DNA of 64,000 nt from an uncultured Nitrososphaerota archaeon (GCA_963718895.1 CAVRAG010000008.1:544001-608000); one strand, 5' to 3'. Positions 48,355 to 58,622 are shown, numbered from the stretch's first letter. The notes: generated by a model not told the origin, from the letters alone. Numbers and translations: made by a program.

Positions 48355-49640
48355 CTCCGGATCTCCCTGAAGGCACGCCCCGCCGTGTCGATCGTATGGT
48401 CGAGATCCTCCTCTGAATGGGCTGCGGACACGAAGATGGTCTCGAAGGCGGACGGGGGGAGGTACACCCCGCCTTCAAGCATCGCCCTGTGGAACCTGCC
48501 ATAGAGCTTGAAGTTCGTGGCCTTTGCCTCTTCGAAGTTCCTCACTCCGTAGGGACCGAAGAATAGTCCGACCATCGAGGCGGCCCTGTTGATGGTGATC
48601 GCGCGACCTGCAGAGGCGGCGGCGTCTCTCATCCCGGCTTCGAGTCGAGCCGACCGCCTCTCGAGCTTCTGGTAGGTCTTCTGGTCGAGAAGGGAGAGGG
48701 TGGCAAGGCCCGCGGCCATGGCGACGGGGTTCCCCGAGAGAGTCCCTGCCTGATAGACGGGACCTTCGGGCGCGACCATCTGCATGACCTCGCGGCGGGC
48801 ACCGTAAGCGCCGACCGGGAATCCGCCGCCGATTATCTTGCCGAGGCACGTTATGTCGGGCCGAACGCCGAAGATCCCCTGGGCGCCGCCGGCGGCGACC
48901 CGGAATCCCGTGATGACTTCGTCGAATATCAAGAGGGAGCCATGCGCTGTGCAGAGCTTCCTTAGGGCCTCCAGGAATCCGGGCTCCGGGACCACCACGC
49001 CCATGTTGCCCGCCACTGGTTCGACTATCGCGGCCGCGATCGTGTTTCCGTAGAGCCGGAACGCCGCCTCAAGCGCCGGGACGTCGTTGTAGGGGACCGT
49101 CACGGCGTCCGCGCCGATGTATCCCGGCACACCCCCGGAGCTCGGGAGGTCCAGCGTGGCCAGCCCCGAGCCCGCATGCGTCAGGAATGGGTCCGCGTGG
49201 CCGTGGTAACATCCGTCGAATTTCAGTAGCTTCGTTCTCGAGGTGTAAGCTCTCGCCAGACGGAGGGCGGACATCGTAGCCTCGGTGCCCGAATTCACGA
49301 ACCGGACCTTCTCGATGCTCGGGACCAGGGAACACACTTTCTCGGCCAGTTTCAGCTCGGAGACGGTCGGCGCTCCGAAGCTTGTGCCCCGCTCCACGGC
49401 CCCGATGGTCGCCTTCACCACCGCCGGATGAGAGTGTCCAAGAATCATGGGCCCCCACGAACAGACGTAGTCGATGTACTCGTTTCCGTCGACGTCGCGA
49501 ATCTTCGAGCCCCGACCGCTCGCCATGAAGATGGGCACCCCTCCGACGGCCTTGAACGCCCTCACGGGGCTGCTCACCCCTCCGACCATTACCCGCTCCG
49601 CCTTTTCGTAGAGCTCCTTCGAGCGAGTTGTCTTCAGCAA
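48351..49640 (-). CDS. hemL: Glutamate-1-semialdehyde 2,1-aminomutase
   Basis: GGVSSPVRAF, NSGTEATMSA, GCYHGH, FDEVITGFR, GKIIGGG, YQAGTLSGNP. Confidence 0.97.
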   Translation of the reverse strand: MLKTTRSKELYEKAERVMVGGVSSPVRAFKAVGGVPIFMASGRGSKIRDVDGNEYIDYVCSWGPMILGHSHPAVVKATIGAVERGTSFGAPTVSELKLAEKVCSLVPSIEKVRFVNSGTEATMSALRLARAYTSRTKLLKFDGCYHGHADPFLTHAGSGLATLDLPSSGGVPGYIGADAVTVPYNDVPALEAAFRLYGNTIAAAIVEPVAGNMGVVVPEPGFLEALRKLCTAHGSLLIFDEVITGFRVAAGGAQGIFGVRPDITCLGKIIGGGFPVGAYGARREVMQMVAPEGPVYQAGTLSGNPVAMAAGLATLSLLDQKTYQKLERRSARLEAGMRDAAASAGRAITINRAASMVGLFFGPYGVRNFEEAKATNFKLYGRFHRAMLEGGVYLPPSAFETIFVSAAHSEEDLDHTIDTAGRAFREIRR

Positions 49641-49646
49641 GGTCGC

Positions 49647-50363
49647 CTAGCCTATCAGGTCCAGCATTCTCTGGGCATCGACCCGCCGGCACGTGAAGAT
49701 GGGCGTCTCGAGCTGGGTGTACATGCTCGCGTCCGACCCCCTCAGGTCCTCGACGAGGGCGAGAAACTCAGACGGGTCATCGCCCTCGAATGCCAGCATG
49801 AACTCCTGGTCGTCGAGTCCGAACGAGTAGCCTGTGTTGATCTTGATTCGTGGATACTTGTGGCCAACCTTGAAGTGCTCGGCCATCATCCGCTGCCGTT
49901 CTACGAAGGGGAGCTTGTACCATTCCCTCTTCTTGACGAACGGATAGACGAAAAGGTACTTTGAAGTGGAGGGTGTTTCTCCTCCTGTTCCTTCTTGCCC
50001 AGGGTGCCTGTGCGAGCCGAGGTAGCGGGACCGGCGGGTCATCGTCAGGTAGGAGTAAGGCGTCTCAAGGTATCTCCCCAGCCTGGTGAGCTGAAGGCTG
50101 GAGAACAAACCTTGGAAGGGGTCGAGGTCGGTCGAACTCGCGAGAATCATGAAGTCGGCATCCCCCCTGATCCCGACGAGCGAGAAGAATGAGAGCTCCA
50201 CGTTCCTCTGATTCGTGAGAACGTCGAGGAACTCGCTCCGACCCTCTTCCCTGTCACTCCGATCGAGGAACCTCCACTCCCGGGCGGTCTTGAAGAAGGT
50301 ATACCTGAGGTACCGCTTCTCGACCTCCATCTTCGAGGGTTCGCCGCTCGCCCCTTCCTCCAT
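49647..50363 (-). CDS. hemQ: Coproheme decarboxylase (chlorite dismutase family, ChdC/HemQ)
   Basis: YPFVKKREWY, MMAEH, SFGLDDQEF; located in the heme operon. Confidence 0.85.
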   Translation of the reverse strand: MEEGASGEPSKMEVEKRYLRYTFFKTAREWRFLDRSDREEGRSEFLDVLTNQRNVELSFFSLVGIRGDADFMILASSTDLDPFQGLFSSLQLTRLGRYLETPYSYLTMTRRSRYLGSHRHPGQEGTGGETPSTSKYLFVYPFVKKREWYKLPFVERQRMMAEHFKVGHKYPRIKINTGYSFGLDDQEFMLAFEGDDPSEFLALVEDLRGSDASMYTQLETPIFTCRRVDAQRMLDLIG

Positions 50364-51359
50364 CTAGCTCGTCTCCCTGAGCCAGCCGGCGGCCTGCTCC
50401 GCGTAGTAGGTGACCAGAATGTCCGCGCCCGCTCTCCTTATGGCGGTCAGCACCTCCATCGCGGCCCTCTTCTCGTCCAGCCATCCTCTCTGACTGGCGG
50501 CCTTTATCATCGAGTACTCGCCGCTGACGTTGTACGCCGCTATTGGCAGATCGAACCGCGACCTAGCCTCCGCTATGACGTCGAGATATGGAAGAGCTGG
50601 CTTCACCATGATGATGTCTGCGCCTTCGTCGACGTCTCCCTCGATCTCCCTCATCGCCTCTCGCCGATTCGCACCGTTCATCTGGTACGCTCTCCTGTCC
50701 CCGAACGAGGGAGTCGAGCCCGCGGCCTCGCGGAAAGGTCCGTAGAACGACGAAGCGAACTTTGCGGAATACCCCATCACGAGCGTCTCTTGAAATCCCG
50801 AGTCGTCAAGGGCAGTCCTTATGGCACCGACCTGCTTGTCCATCATTGCGCTAGGAGCCACGATGTCCGCTCCAGCCCGTGCGTACTCCACAGCAGCCTT
50901 CGCCAGCAGGGGGAGGGTCAGGTCGTTGTCGACGCGACCGTCCTTCAGGACACCGCAGTGTCCGTGTGAGGTGTATTCGCAGAGGCAAACGTCAGCGATG
51001 ACCAGGGCGGAAGGATTCTTCCTCTTGATCTCCGAGATCGCCTTCGGGACTATTCCGTCGCCGGAGTAGGCCTGGCTCCCCATCTCGTCCTTCGTCTCTG
51101 GCACTCCGAAGAGGAGGACTGTGTGGATTCCTAACTCCCAGAGGCGATTGACGTAGTCTCCCAGTCGATCCACCGAGTATCTGTAGACTCCGGGCATCGC
51201 CTCGACAGGCTCGAACACGTTCTCCCCATAGCGAACGAATATGGGTGCAACGAGTCGCGAGACCTGCAGGTCGGTCTCGTTGACGAGCCTCCTTACCGAC
51301 TCCGACCTTCTCAGCCGTCTGAGCCTGACGCCTTCTCCCCCGTGCTCAATCAACGCCAT
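50364..51359 (-). CDS. hemB: Porphobilinogen synthase
   Basis: DVCLCEYTSHGHCG, SSFYGPFREAA, MVKPALPYLD, AYNVSGEYSMIKAA. Confidence 0.97.
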   Translation of the reverse strand: MALIEHGGEGVRLRRLRRSESVRRLVNETDLQVSRLVAPIFVRYGENVFEPVEAMPGVYRYSVDRLGDYVNRLWELGIHTVLLFGVPETKDEMGSQAYSGDGIVPKAISEIKRKNPSALVIADVCLCEYTSHGHCGVLKDGRVDNDLTLPLLAKAAVEYARAGADIVAPSAMMDKQVGAIRTALDDSGFQETLVMGYSAKFASSFYGPFREAAGSTPSFGDRRAYQMNGANRREAMREIEGDVDEGADIIMVKPALPYLDVIAEARSRFDLPIAAYNVSGEYSMIKAASQRGWLDEKRAAMEVLTAIRRAGADILVTYYAEQAAGWLRETS

Positions 51360-52107
51360 TCAGCTCCAATATCCTCTCGACAAGTGAATCGAACGTCTGA
51401 ACCTTGGGCGTGATGACATGCCCGAATCCGTGCGCTCTTGCGGCCTTGGCCGTGACCGGGCCGATGCAGACCACGCGCATCTTCCTGCTGCTCTCGAGTT
51501 CTCCCGACGATACCAACTGGCAGAAGCCCTCCACAGAGGAGGGGCTCGCGAACACTATGAGGTCGGCGCCTTCGAGCTGCACCTCTGCACCTTTCCCTCC
51601 ATACTCGGTTCGATAGATTGCAAGCTCCTTCACGTCGAAGCCGCGGCCTCTGAGCTCCTCGGACATGGCCGGATCAGCGATGTCAGCCCGGAGCAGGAGC
51701 ACCCTCCGTCCCGAGTTGCCGGGCAGTTCCTCGGCGAGCCTCCGGGTGAGGTAGCTCGACGGCGTGAAGACCGTAGCGGCTCCCATCTTGGAGAGCGCGC
51801 CCGCGGTACCCTTGCCGACGGCGGCAAAGCTCGGAGGCGCCTCCAGAGGCAGTTTGAGTGAGAGTTTCTTCATACGTCGGGCAAAGAACTCGACCCCGGT
51901 TGCTGAGGTGAAGACCAGCCAGTGGTAGGAGTCGAGGTCCTTCAGGCTTGCGTCGATGGCGGACCAGTTTCGTGGGGCGAGAAACGAGATAGTGTCCACG
52001 GATATTGGGTTGAACCCCCGTCGTCGCAAATCTGCTGCGAGCGCTCTGTTGCCTTCTTTCGACCGCGTAATCACGATGTTCTGAATCCGCGCCGTTCTGA
52101 GGGTCAT
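51346..52107 (-). CDS. hemD: Uroporphyrinogen-III synthase
   Basis: ITRS, VFTSATGV, AVGKGTA, FASPSSV, CIGPVTA. Confidence 0.92.
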   Translation of the reverse strand: MTLRTARIQNIVITRSKEGNRALAADLRRRGFNPISVDTISFLAPRNWSAIDASLKDLDSYHWLVFTSATGVEFFARRMKKLSLKLPLEAPPSFAAVGKGTAGALSKMGAATVFTPSSYLTRRLAEELPGNSGRRVLLLRADIADPAMSEELRGRGFDVKELAIYRTEYGGKGAEVQLEGADLIVFASPSSVEGFCQLVSSGELESSRKMRVVCIGPVTAKAARAHGFGHVITPKVQTFDSLVERILELNGVD

Positions 52108-53024
52108 GCGACGAGACTCCTGAGGATCTCCTCTCCTCCGAGCTTCAGCATCTCATCCCCGAGTTCTCTCCCGAGAACCTCGGCGTCCGCGGAATGCGAA
52201 GCACGGGTCCTCCTCAGCATCTGTCTGCCGTCGGTCGACGCGATCATGCCGCACACCGTGAGCGATTCGGCGCTCATCCGAGCGCAAGCCCCGACAGGCA
52301 CGAAGCAGTCACCCCCGACCCTCCTTGCGAACGCCCTTTCGCAGTCGGACTCCAGCCTCGTCTTCTCGTCGTCGATGGTTGAGACGATCCTCTCAGTCTC
52401 GCCGTCTCCCTCCCTGACCTCGACGGCAAGGGTGGCCTGACCCGCAGCAGGGACCATTTCCTCCGTGGAAAAGAACTGGGAGACCTTCCGCGACTCGGAG
52501 ATCCTCTCCACTCCCGCTGCCGCGAGGACTATCGCATCCAGTCGGAGGAGTTCCATCCTCTCGATTCTCGACTCCACGTTCCCATGCAGGTCGACTACAG
52601 ACAAATCTCTCCTGAGGTTCAGGAGCTGCGCCCTCCTCCTCAGGCTGCTTGTACCGACGACTGCTCCTGGATGAAGGTCCCGCAGTCGTTCTCCGCGTAG
52701 AGAGATTAGCGCGTCGCGAGGGTCGCCCCGCGGGGGCGTCGCGGCGATCTTCAGGCCGTCCTTGAGCTGCACGGAGACATCCTTCATGCTGTGCACGGCG
52801 GCGTCTATCTCGCCGCTCAGCAGTAGCGATTCGATCTCCCCTGTGAAGGCCGTCTTCCCATCTATGGCCGTTCGCCTCTGCGGAGGCAACCGGTCACCGG
52901 TCGTCTTGATCGGGACGACCACAATCTCGAGGCCGGGGACCCGCCTCGAGAGCATCTCCACGACTGTCCGGGTCTGCGCCCGGGAAAGCCTGCTCCCCCG
53001 GGCGCCGATCTTCAGGGTGCACAA
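52104..53024 (-). CDS. hemC: Hydroxymethylbilane synthase
   Basis: GARGSRLS, AVHSMKD, GTSSLRR, GNVESR, GGDCFVPVGA. Confidence 0.95.
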   Translation of the reverse strand: MCTLKIGARGSRLSRAQTRTVVEMLSRRVPGLEIVVVPIKTTGDRLPPQRRTAIDGKTAFTGEIESLLLSGEIDAAVHSMKDVSVQLKDGLKIAATPPRGDPRDALISLRGERLRDLHPGAVVGTSSLRRRAQLLNLRRDLSVVDLHGNVESRIERMELLRLDAIVLAAAGVERISESRKVSQFFSTEEMVPAAGQATLAVEVREGDGETERIVSTIDDEKTRLESDCERAFARRVGGDCFVPVGACARMSAESLTVCGMIASTDGRQMLRRTRASHSADAEVLGRELGDEMLKLGGEEILRSLVA

Positions 53025-53025
53025 G

Positions 53026-54307
53026 TCATTTGCTCGCCTCGGGACAGAACAGGGCCTCGAGCACGCGCAGTCTCTCGGCCTGGTTGTTCTCACCCCCTGG
53101 TTGTTTCAACCAGTTTGTGTGGGGCGCTAGGAGCTTGCCCACCAGGCTCCTGCTCATCGCTTCGAGCACCTTCCTGTCGCTCTCGGAGAGATTCGGGAGC
53201 ATCCTCAACGCGACCTCTGTCTCAGAGCTGCGGACATCCTCAGCCCACCGATAGATTATCGCAAGGATGGGAGACAGTCGACTTGCCACAAGCCGCCTCG
53301 TGAACCTCTCAGCCTCCTCGCGGACCATCCTCTCGCTGGAGGCAAGCGCTGGCGTCGCTGGGACCGACCTCGCATGGTTAGCAAGGTCGTCTAGATCATA
53401 GAGCTCTATGAATTTGGAAGTCCTGAAAGCGGGGTCGATATTCCGCGGGAAGGCTAGATCGAGCAGGATCATCTTCCGTTTGTCAGCGAGGTCGCCCTTC
53501 TTCATAACGTAGCCCGAATGTCGGGTGGCCGATATCACAAGGTCTCCCTCCCAGCCCTGTCGCCTGAGCTGCCCGTAGGTCAGCAGTGTGGCATTGGGGA
53601 AGCAATCGAGCGCGTCCTTCCGTCTCGAAGCGAGATGAGATCCTGGCTCCCTTGAGTTGGGTCGCAGCCAGCCTCGCGGTCTTCCCTGTACCGATTAGGA
53701 GAATCTTCTTTGGGCGCCTTCCAAGCTTCTTTAGCGCGAACTCCAGTGCAAATGCGCTCACGGAGCTGTTTTGCTGGGCGACGTCAAGTGACCCTCTCAC
53801 GCGCTTGCCCACATTGAAGGCGGCGACGAAAAGGGCCGATAGAATCGAACCTGCTGACCCGACGGCTCTGGCCTTGGCTCCAGCCTCTCTGATTTGCTGG
53901 AGTATCTGCTCCTCGCCTATAACCAGGGAGTCCAGACCTGCCGCGACTTCAAAGATGTGCGAGACGGCGTCGAGGTCTGTCTTTACGTAGAAGCCATCAT
54001 GTCCTTCCCCTTGGCTTGGCAATCCGGAGAGGACCGATTCAGCGACCCACTCCGGGTCGTCCGTCGCCACATAGAGTTCCATCCGGTTGCACGTGACTAG
54101 CAGACAACTCTCGAGAGCGTGCGGCCTGGCACGTCGGACGGCTCTACGACCTCTCGCTTGAAATAAGCTGAGCGTACGTTCTCGGTACCCTATAGACGAG
54201 GTCTTGAACGACGTGCCGATGAGGACGATCGATGTGAGCGGAGCGACGCCATGTGGACGCAGCCTAGGGACGATACCCTCGGTTCCAGAGGTGAGTGAGA
54301 CCTCCAT
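53026..54307 (-). CDS. hemA: Glutamyl-tRNA reductase (frameshifts ~53540-53630)
   Basis: TCNRMELY, AAGLDSLVIGEEQILQQ, DLAFPRNID. Confidence 0.93.
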
Positions 54308-54337
54308 TGCAGCATCCGGAGCGGGCGCCAGGCTGGT

Positions 54338-54410
54338 TTATTTAACGTTTGTTAGCATCGGAAAGTCGCACGAATCCACCGCTGACGAATCCAAATGTTT
54401 AACAAACGCT
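54338..54410. promoter_or_regulatory. Divergent hemA/hemY promoter region with inverted and direct repeats
   Basis: CGTTTGTTA (54346-54354) inverted with TAACAAACG (54400-54408); ACGAATCCA occurs twice between them; AT-rich TATA-like boxes. Confidence 0.45.
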
Positions 54411-54476
54411 CGCTAAACGGTCTAGCCCGAGGGAGCTTGGTCATGGCCCTGGGCACTCTTTCCAAGATGGCTTGAA

Positions 54477-55970
54477 ATGAACAGAGCGGTGGCAGTCGTC
54501 GGAGGCGGGATCTCGGGTCTTGCAACAGCCTACTTCCTTCAGGACTACGCTTCCAGGTCCGGACTTACACTCGAATGCGCCGTTATTGAGGCAGAGCCGC
54601 GGCTGGGCGGGCGGATCCTGAGCGAGAACGTAGACGGGTGCGTCATCGAGGCGGGCCCCGATTCGTTCTTGACGTTGAAGCCCCAGGCGGTGGATCTTTG
54701 CGAGCGGCTCGGTCTCTCCGACCTGCTCATCGGGACGAATTCCGAACGGTCCAAGGTCTATGTGCTCGTCGCGGGAAGACTCAGAAGATTGCCGGATGGC
54801 CTCACCTCAGTTGTGCCACGGAAGCTGACGCCCTTTCTCTGGACGGGCTTGCTCACGCCCTGGGGCAAGTCCAGAATGCTCCTAGACGTGGTAATCCCGC
54901 GCAAGAGCGATGGCGTCGAGGAGACCCTTTCAGGTTTCGTCAGGAGACGCCTCGGTCATGAAGCCCTCGAGAGAATCGCCGAACCCCTGATGGCAGGCAT
55001 CTACGCCGGAGATGCAGCTCAGTTGAGCATGTCGACCAACTTCCCACAGTTGGTCCAGCTCGAACTCAAGAAGCGCAGTCTCGTCCTGGGGACGATTGCA
55101 AACAGCCGACATCCCGCCCCAGGAACGATCCAGGCGGTTCACCGTCCGACGTTCATGGCGCTCAGGGGAGGCCTTGAACGCATGGTCGACGCCCTGGTCT
55201 CTCATCTTGAAGGGACAACGCTCCTCACGGGTAGGAAGCCCGTCATTCTCAGGAGAAAGCATTCGCACGAGAAGGGTGGATACGAGCTTGAGCTCGATGA
55301 CGGGAGTCTCGTCTACGCCGACTCCGTGGTCCTGGCGACGCCCGCCTACGCATCGGCCGGCCTCCTGAAGGACCTGAGCCCTGAAGCGGCATCCATCCTG
55401 GGTAGCATCCCCTACGTCTCGACGGCGACGGTTTCTCTGGTCTATGATCGCTCCAGTTTCCCGCACCCTCTCGACGGGTCGGGTTTTGTCATTGCTCCGA
55501 CTGAGATGAGGAAGATAACCGCCTGCACATGGGTATCCTCGAAGTGGCCCACACACTCACCCGGTGACCGCGTTTTGCTGAGGTGCTTCCTAGGCCGAGC
55601 CGGACACGAGGAGCTACTCCAGCGGGGAGATGCTGACCTGTGCCAGCTTGCCGAGGACGAGCTGAATTCCATCCTAGGCATAACCGCCAAGCCCTTGCTG
55701 AGGCGGATACATCGGTGCGGCAAGTCCCTTCCTCAGTACAACCTGGGGCACTCGGAGAAGCTCGTAGCACTTGGACAGGCAATGGAAGACCTACCGGGGA
55801 TCTTCCTGACCGGCGCGGCCTACAGGGGGGTCGGTCTCCCGGACTGCATAAAGCAGGCTGCGCTGACCGCCTCGGGGACGATAAACTTCCTTGGCGAAAC
55901 GGAGAACAGGGAATATGGAACACCAAGTGTCGTCGCTGGGACGGCGCGAGGGGCCCCTGGATCCTGCTAA
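54477..55970 (+). CDS. hemY: Coproporphyrinogen/protoporphyrinogen oxidase HemY (CgoX)
   Basis: VVGGGISGL, RLGGRI, EAGPDSF, GIYAGD, LPQYNLGH, GVGLPDCI. Confidence 0.95.
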   Translation: MNRAVAVVGGGISGLATAYFLQDYASRSGLTLECAVIEAEPRLGGRILSENVDGCVIEAGPDSFLTLKPQAVDLCERLGLSDLLIGTNSERSKVYVLVAGRLRRLPDGLTSVVPRKLTPFLWTGLLTPWGKSRMLLDVVIPRKSDGVEETLSGFVRRRLGHEALERIAEPLMAGIYAGDAAQLSMSTNFPQLVQLELKKRSLVLGTIANSRHPAPGTIQAVHRPTFMALRGGLERMVDALVSHLEGTTLLTGRKPVILRRKHSHEKGGYELELDDGSLVYADSVVLATPAYASAGLLKDLSPEAASILGSIPYVSTATVSLVYDRSSFPHPLDGSGFVIAPTEMRKITACTWVSSKWPTHSPGDRVLLRCFLGRAGHEELLQRGDADLCQLAEDELNSILGITAKPLLRRIHRCGKSLPQYNLGHSEKLVALGQAMEDLPGIFLTGAAYRGVGLPDCIKQAALTASGTINFLGETENREYGTPSVVAGTARGAPGSC

Positions 55971-56132
55971 CCGCAAGCTGACCTCCTGGATGACCGAAGA
56001 CTCTCGTTCGACCCCATTCTCGGCCGAACCCTGGTCAAGAATCCCACACTATTGAGAAGCGCGAAGAAGGGTGGCTTCCTCCCCCCGCTGCTAACGTCCA
56101 AGCGGCGGACTGACTGTGCGCAGGGGTGTCGA

Positions 56133-57434
56133 TTATCGGACTGCCGAGATTGGACCGGGAACTATGTGAACGGGTGAGACGGGGTTGCCGGAGAACGCGG
56201 AGATGGTGTATTGCTCGTACGCGCCGGTCCTCCACCTGCCCTTGTAGACGTCGTAGGTCTTGGCGGCGATCTGGTTCTTCTCCATGTCAAATGTGAGTAT
56301 CATGACCGTCGATCCTCCGACCTTGTCCCCGTCCGGAGTTGTAGAATCGGAAAAGTCGACCCCCCGTCCCGTCGGGCAGCTCGGGTCGTCCGTGCAGTCC
56401 TGCCTGTCGAACATCAGCTGGTTCCTGTTGTTTATCGGGGTCCCCGTATTGTATCCCTGATCCGTCGCAAAGTGCCCGTTCAAGCTGAGAAAGACGTTGG
56501 AGGAGTGCGCGTCCATGGCACCCTTCAGTCCCGTCACGAAGTCCGCCAGCGTCGGCCCCCACCTCGCGTCGTTGATCTCCCCGTACGCATCCATGTACGC
56601 GTGAGGCGCGATTATGACCTTATGGTCGGCGTACAACGGATCATCTAGCAGACCGGCGACCCATTCTAAAACATCCGGCTGACCGTTCCACTCGACATTG
56701 ATCACGAGAAAGTTCCACCCGTTGGCGGAGAAGGTCACAGCCGTGTTCATCCCGTTGTGATAATCGCTGGCCCAGGTGGTGTAGCCCAGCGCATTCAGTT
56801 TTGGCTTGATGTTCGAAGGATCGAAGGCCGGAGCCCAGACATTCCCCATCCAGCCGGAGGCTGCTTCGCCGCCGATCAAATCGTCGTGATTTCCGGCACA
56901 CCAGCTGTAGGGAATCTTGTTCTTTAGCAGGATGGACATGGCCTCATCTGCATTCTGCCACTGCACCTGCGTTGCGCCAGTCTCCACGATGTCCCCCGTG
57001 TGGATAACCATCTTTCCGTTGTAGGCGCTCCAGTTGTCGACTATCCAGTTCGTCGCCATCCTGAAGAGGGCGGGATTTGACTCTGAGAGAAACTGCGTGT
57101 CGGTAATCCAGAATATCGAGAAGCCGTTGGCGGGTAGTTCAGTCGCGGGCTGTGCCCCACTGCCTGCCGCCGAGGTTACGCTGGTCGTCCGGGTCGTCGT
57201 CACGGTCACAGTCTGAACACTCGAGGCGACGTCGGAGCCAGAAGCGGCGCTAGTCGTCGATGACGTCAGAGACCCAGAAGCGGCGGGTGATGCGCCATGG
57301 TTCGACTTTGCACGTACGTCTGCGGCGTAACCTAAACCTACGCCGGCAACTCCGGCAAGAGCCAGTGTACCTGTCCACTTGAGGAAACTCCTCCGAGCAA
57401 TCTTCTTCTCCCCCTCTGCTTCCGATCGTGACAT
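56133..57434 (-). CDS. Tat-exported calcineurin-like metallophosphoesterase
   Basis: RRSFLK twin-arginine signal, S/T linker, TDTQ, HTGD, GNHD, PHAY, NGH. Confidence 0.85.
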   Translation of the reverse strand: MSRSEAEGEKKIARRSFLKWTGTLALAGVAGVGLGYAADVRAKSNHGASPAASGSLTSSTTSAASGSDVASSVQTVTVTTTRTTSVTSAAGSGAQPATELPANGFSIFWITDTQFLSESNPALFRMATNWIVDNWSAYNGKMVIHTGDIVETGATQVQWQNADEAMSILLKNKIPYSWCAGNHDDLIGGEAASGWMGNVWAPAFDPSNIKPKLNALGYTTWASDYHNGMNTAVTFSANGWNFLVINVEWNGQPDVLEWVAGLLDDPLYADHKVIIAPHAYMDAYGEINDARWGPTLADFVTGLKGAMDAHSSNVFLSLNGHFATDQGYNTGTPINNRNQLMFDRQDCTDDPSCPTGRGVDFSDSTTPDGDKVGGSTVMILTFDMEKNQIAAKTYDVYKGRWRTGAYEQYTISAFSGNPVSPVHIVPGPISAVR

Positions 57435-57638
57435 TGCGACAACCGGAAAAAAGTGCGAGAATTCGTCCGTAATAAGAGTAACGATGTTAATTGCGGCCGT
57501 AACGGTGGGCGTCCTAGGGGAAGGTTTCGAGCGGAAAGTGAAGGATGTCTTCCGGCTATAAACGGAGCCCAAACCAATGCGGGTAATCGAATATATATAC
57601 ACCCGGAATTTTGGTGAGAAACTGGGTGTAACTCTAGA

Positions 57639-58145
57639 ATGAAATCCTCGAGCGCTATATCTGACTCAAGAAAGTATGCGATTAGCCACACGATTGTTGC
57701 CGTGGTAGTCATTGTCTTGGTCTTCGCGGCGGGCATCGCCTATCTCATAGCCTACCCGCCTTCGTCGACATCTGGAGCGACCGTCTCGAGCAACGAGCTC
57801 TCTTACACTAACTACGGCGCAACCCAGTCGTTGACCACGAACACGACCACCGCAGTCACTCCTGCAAACGCAGTGGTGGTGGACATTCCGAGTGACAATG
57901 GATATCCCTTCGCCCAGTTCACGCCTCAGGTGATCACTGTTGTCATCGGTGTGAACAACACGGTGACATGGACCAATCACGACGTACTGACCCATAACAT
58001 CCTGACCGCCTCCGGCCTCTTCGCTTCGGGTGATCTCCCGACCGGTGCGTCCTACACCTTCACGTTCACCCAGGCTGGAACGTTCCCGTACTACTGCTCC
58101 TACCACCCGAGTCACACTGGGATAGTCATAGTCAAGAACGCCTAG
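57639..58145 (+). CDS. Membrane-anchored cupredoxin (plastocyanin/halocyanin-like)
   Basis: TM anchor; FTPQVITV..NNTVTWTNHD..HN...GTFPYYCSYHPSHTG. Confidence 0.88.
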   Translation: MKSSSAISDSRKYAISHTIVAVVVIVLVFAAGIAYLIAYPPSSTSGATVSSNELSYTNYGATQSLTTNTTTAVTPANAVVVDIPSDNGYPFAQFTPQVITVVIGVNNTVTWTNHDVLTHNILTASGLFASGDLPTGASYTFTFTQAGTFPYYCSYHPSHTGIVIVKNA

Positions 58146-58367
58146 TCCCGAACAACCTAGTACCGCGTCCAGTCTTCGGCCGGCCATGTGTCTCCGACCG
58201 TCCCCATTGACAATAGTCAGGGTTCAGGGCACGCACAGACTCGTGCTGACGCGTTATACACAAGAGCCCTACCGGATCAAGCCTGCGAGGTCAGACCAGC
58301 GTGATGCATTCGGAATTCTCGCATGGTCCGGGGAGCTTCGATCGCCGGGAGCCGCGGTGAATTGGCT

Positions 58368-58622
58368 CTACGCGACGGTAAGGAGTTTCTTCTTGTAGGC
58401 GTCGGCGCAGGCCTTCGCATGGAAGGTCAGCTCCTTCTTCCCTATGGTTTCCACGTAGGGCTCATAGACGATGGCTCCCCCGCAGAATCCGCACTTGCGG
58501 GCTTTGAAAGCTACGGCGCACTGTCTGGCGTGAAACGAGTACTTCTTCCCGCCGATTGTCAGATTGTATGGATCGTAGGCTATGACACCGCCGCAGTAGC
58601 CACACTTGACTTCCTTTGTCAA
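58368..58622 (-). CDS. Small tandem TRASH/YHS-like metal-binding protein
   Basis: Two repeats, CGYCGGVI...FHARQC and CGFCGGAI...FHAKAC; TTATAA box about 30 bp upstream of TTG. Confidence 0.8.
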   Translation of the reverse strand: MTKEVKCGYCGGVIAYDPYNLTIGGKKYSFHARQCAVAFKARKCGFCGGAIVYEPYVETIGKKELTFHAKACADAYKKKLLTVA

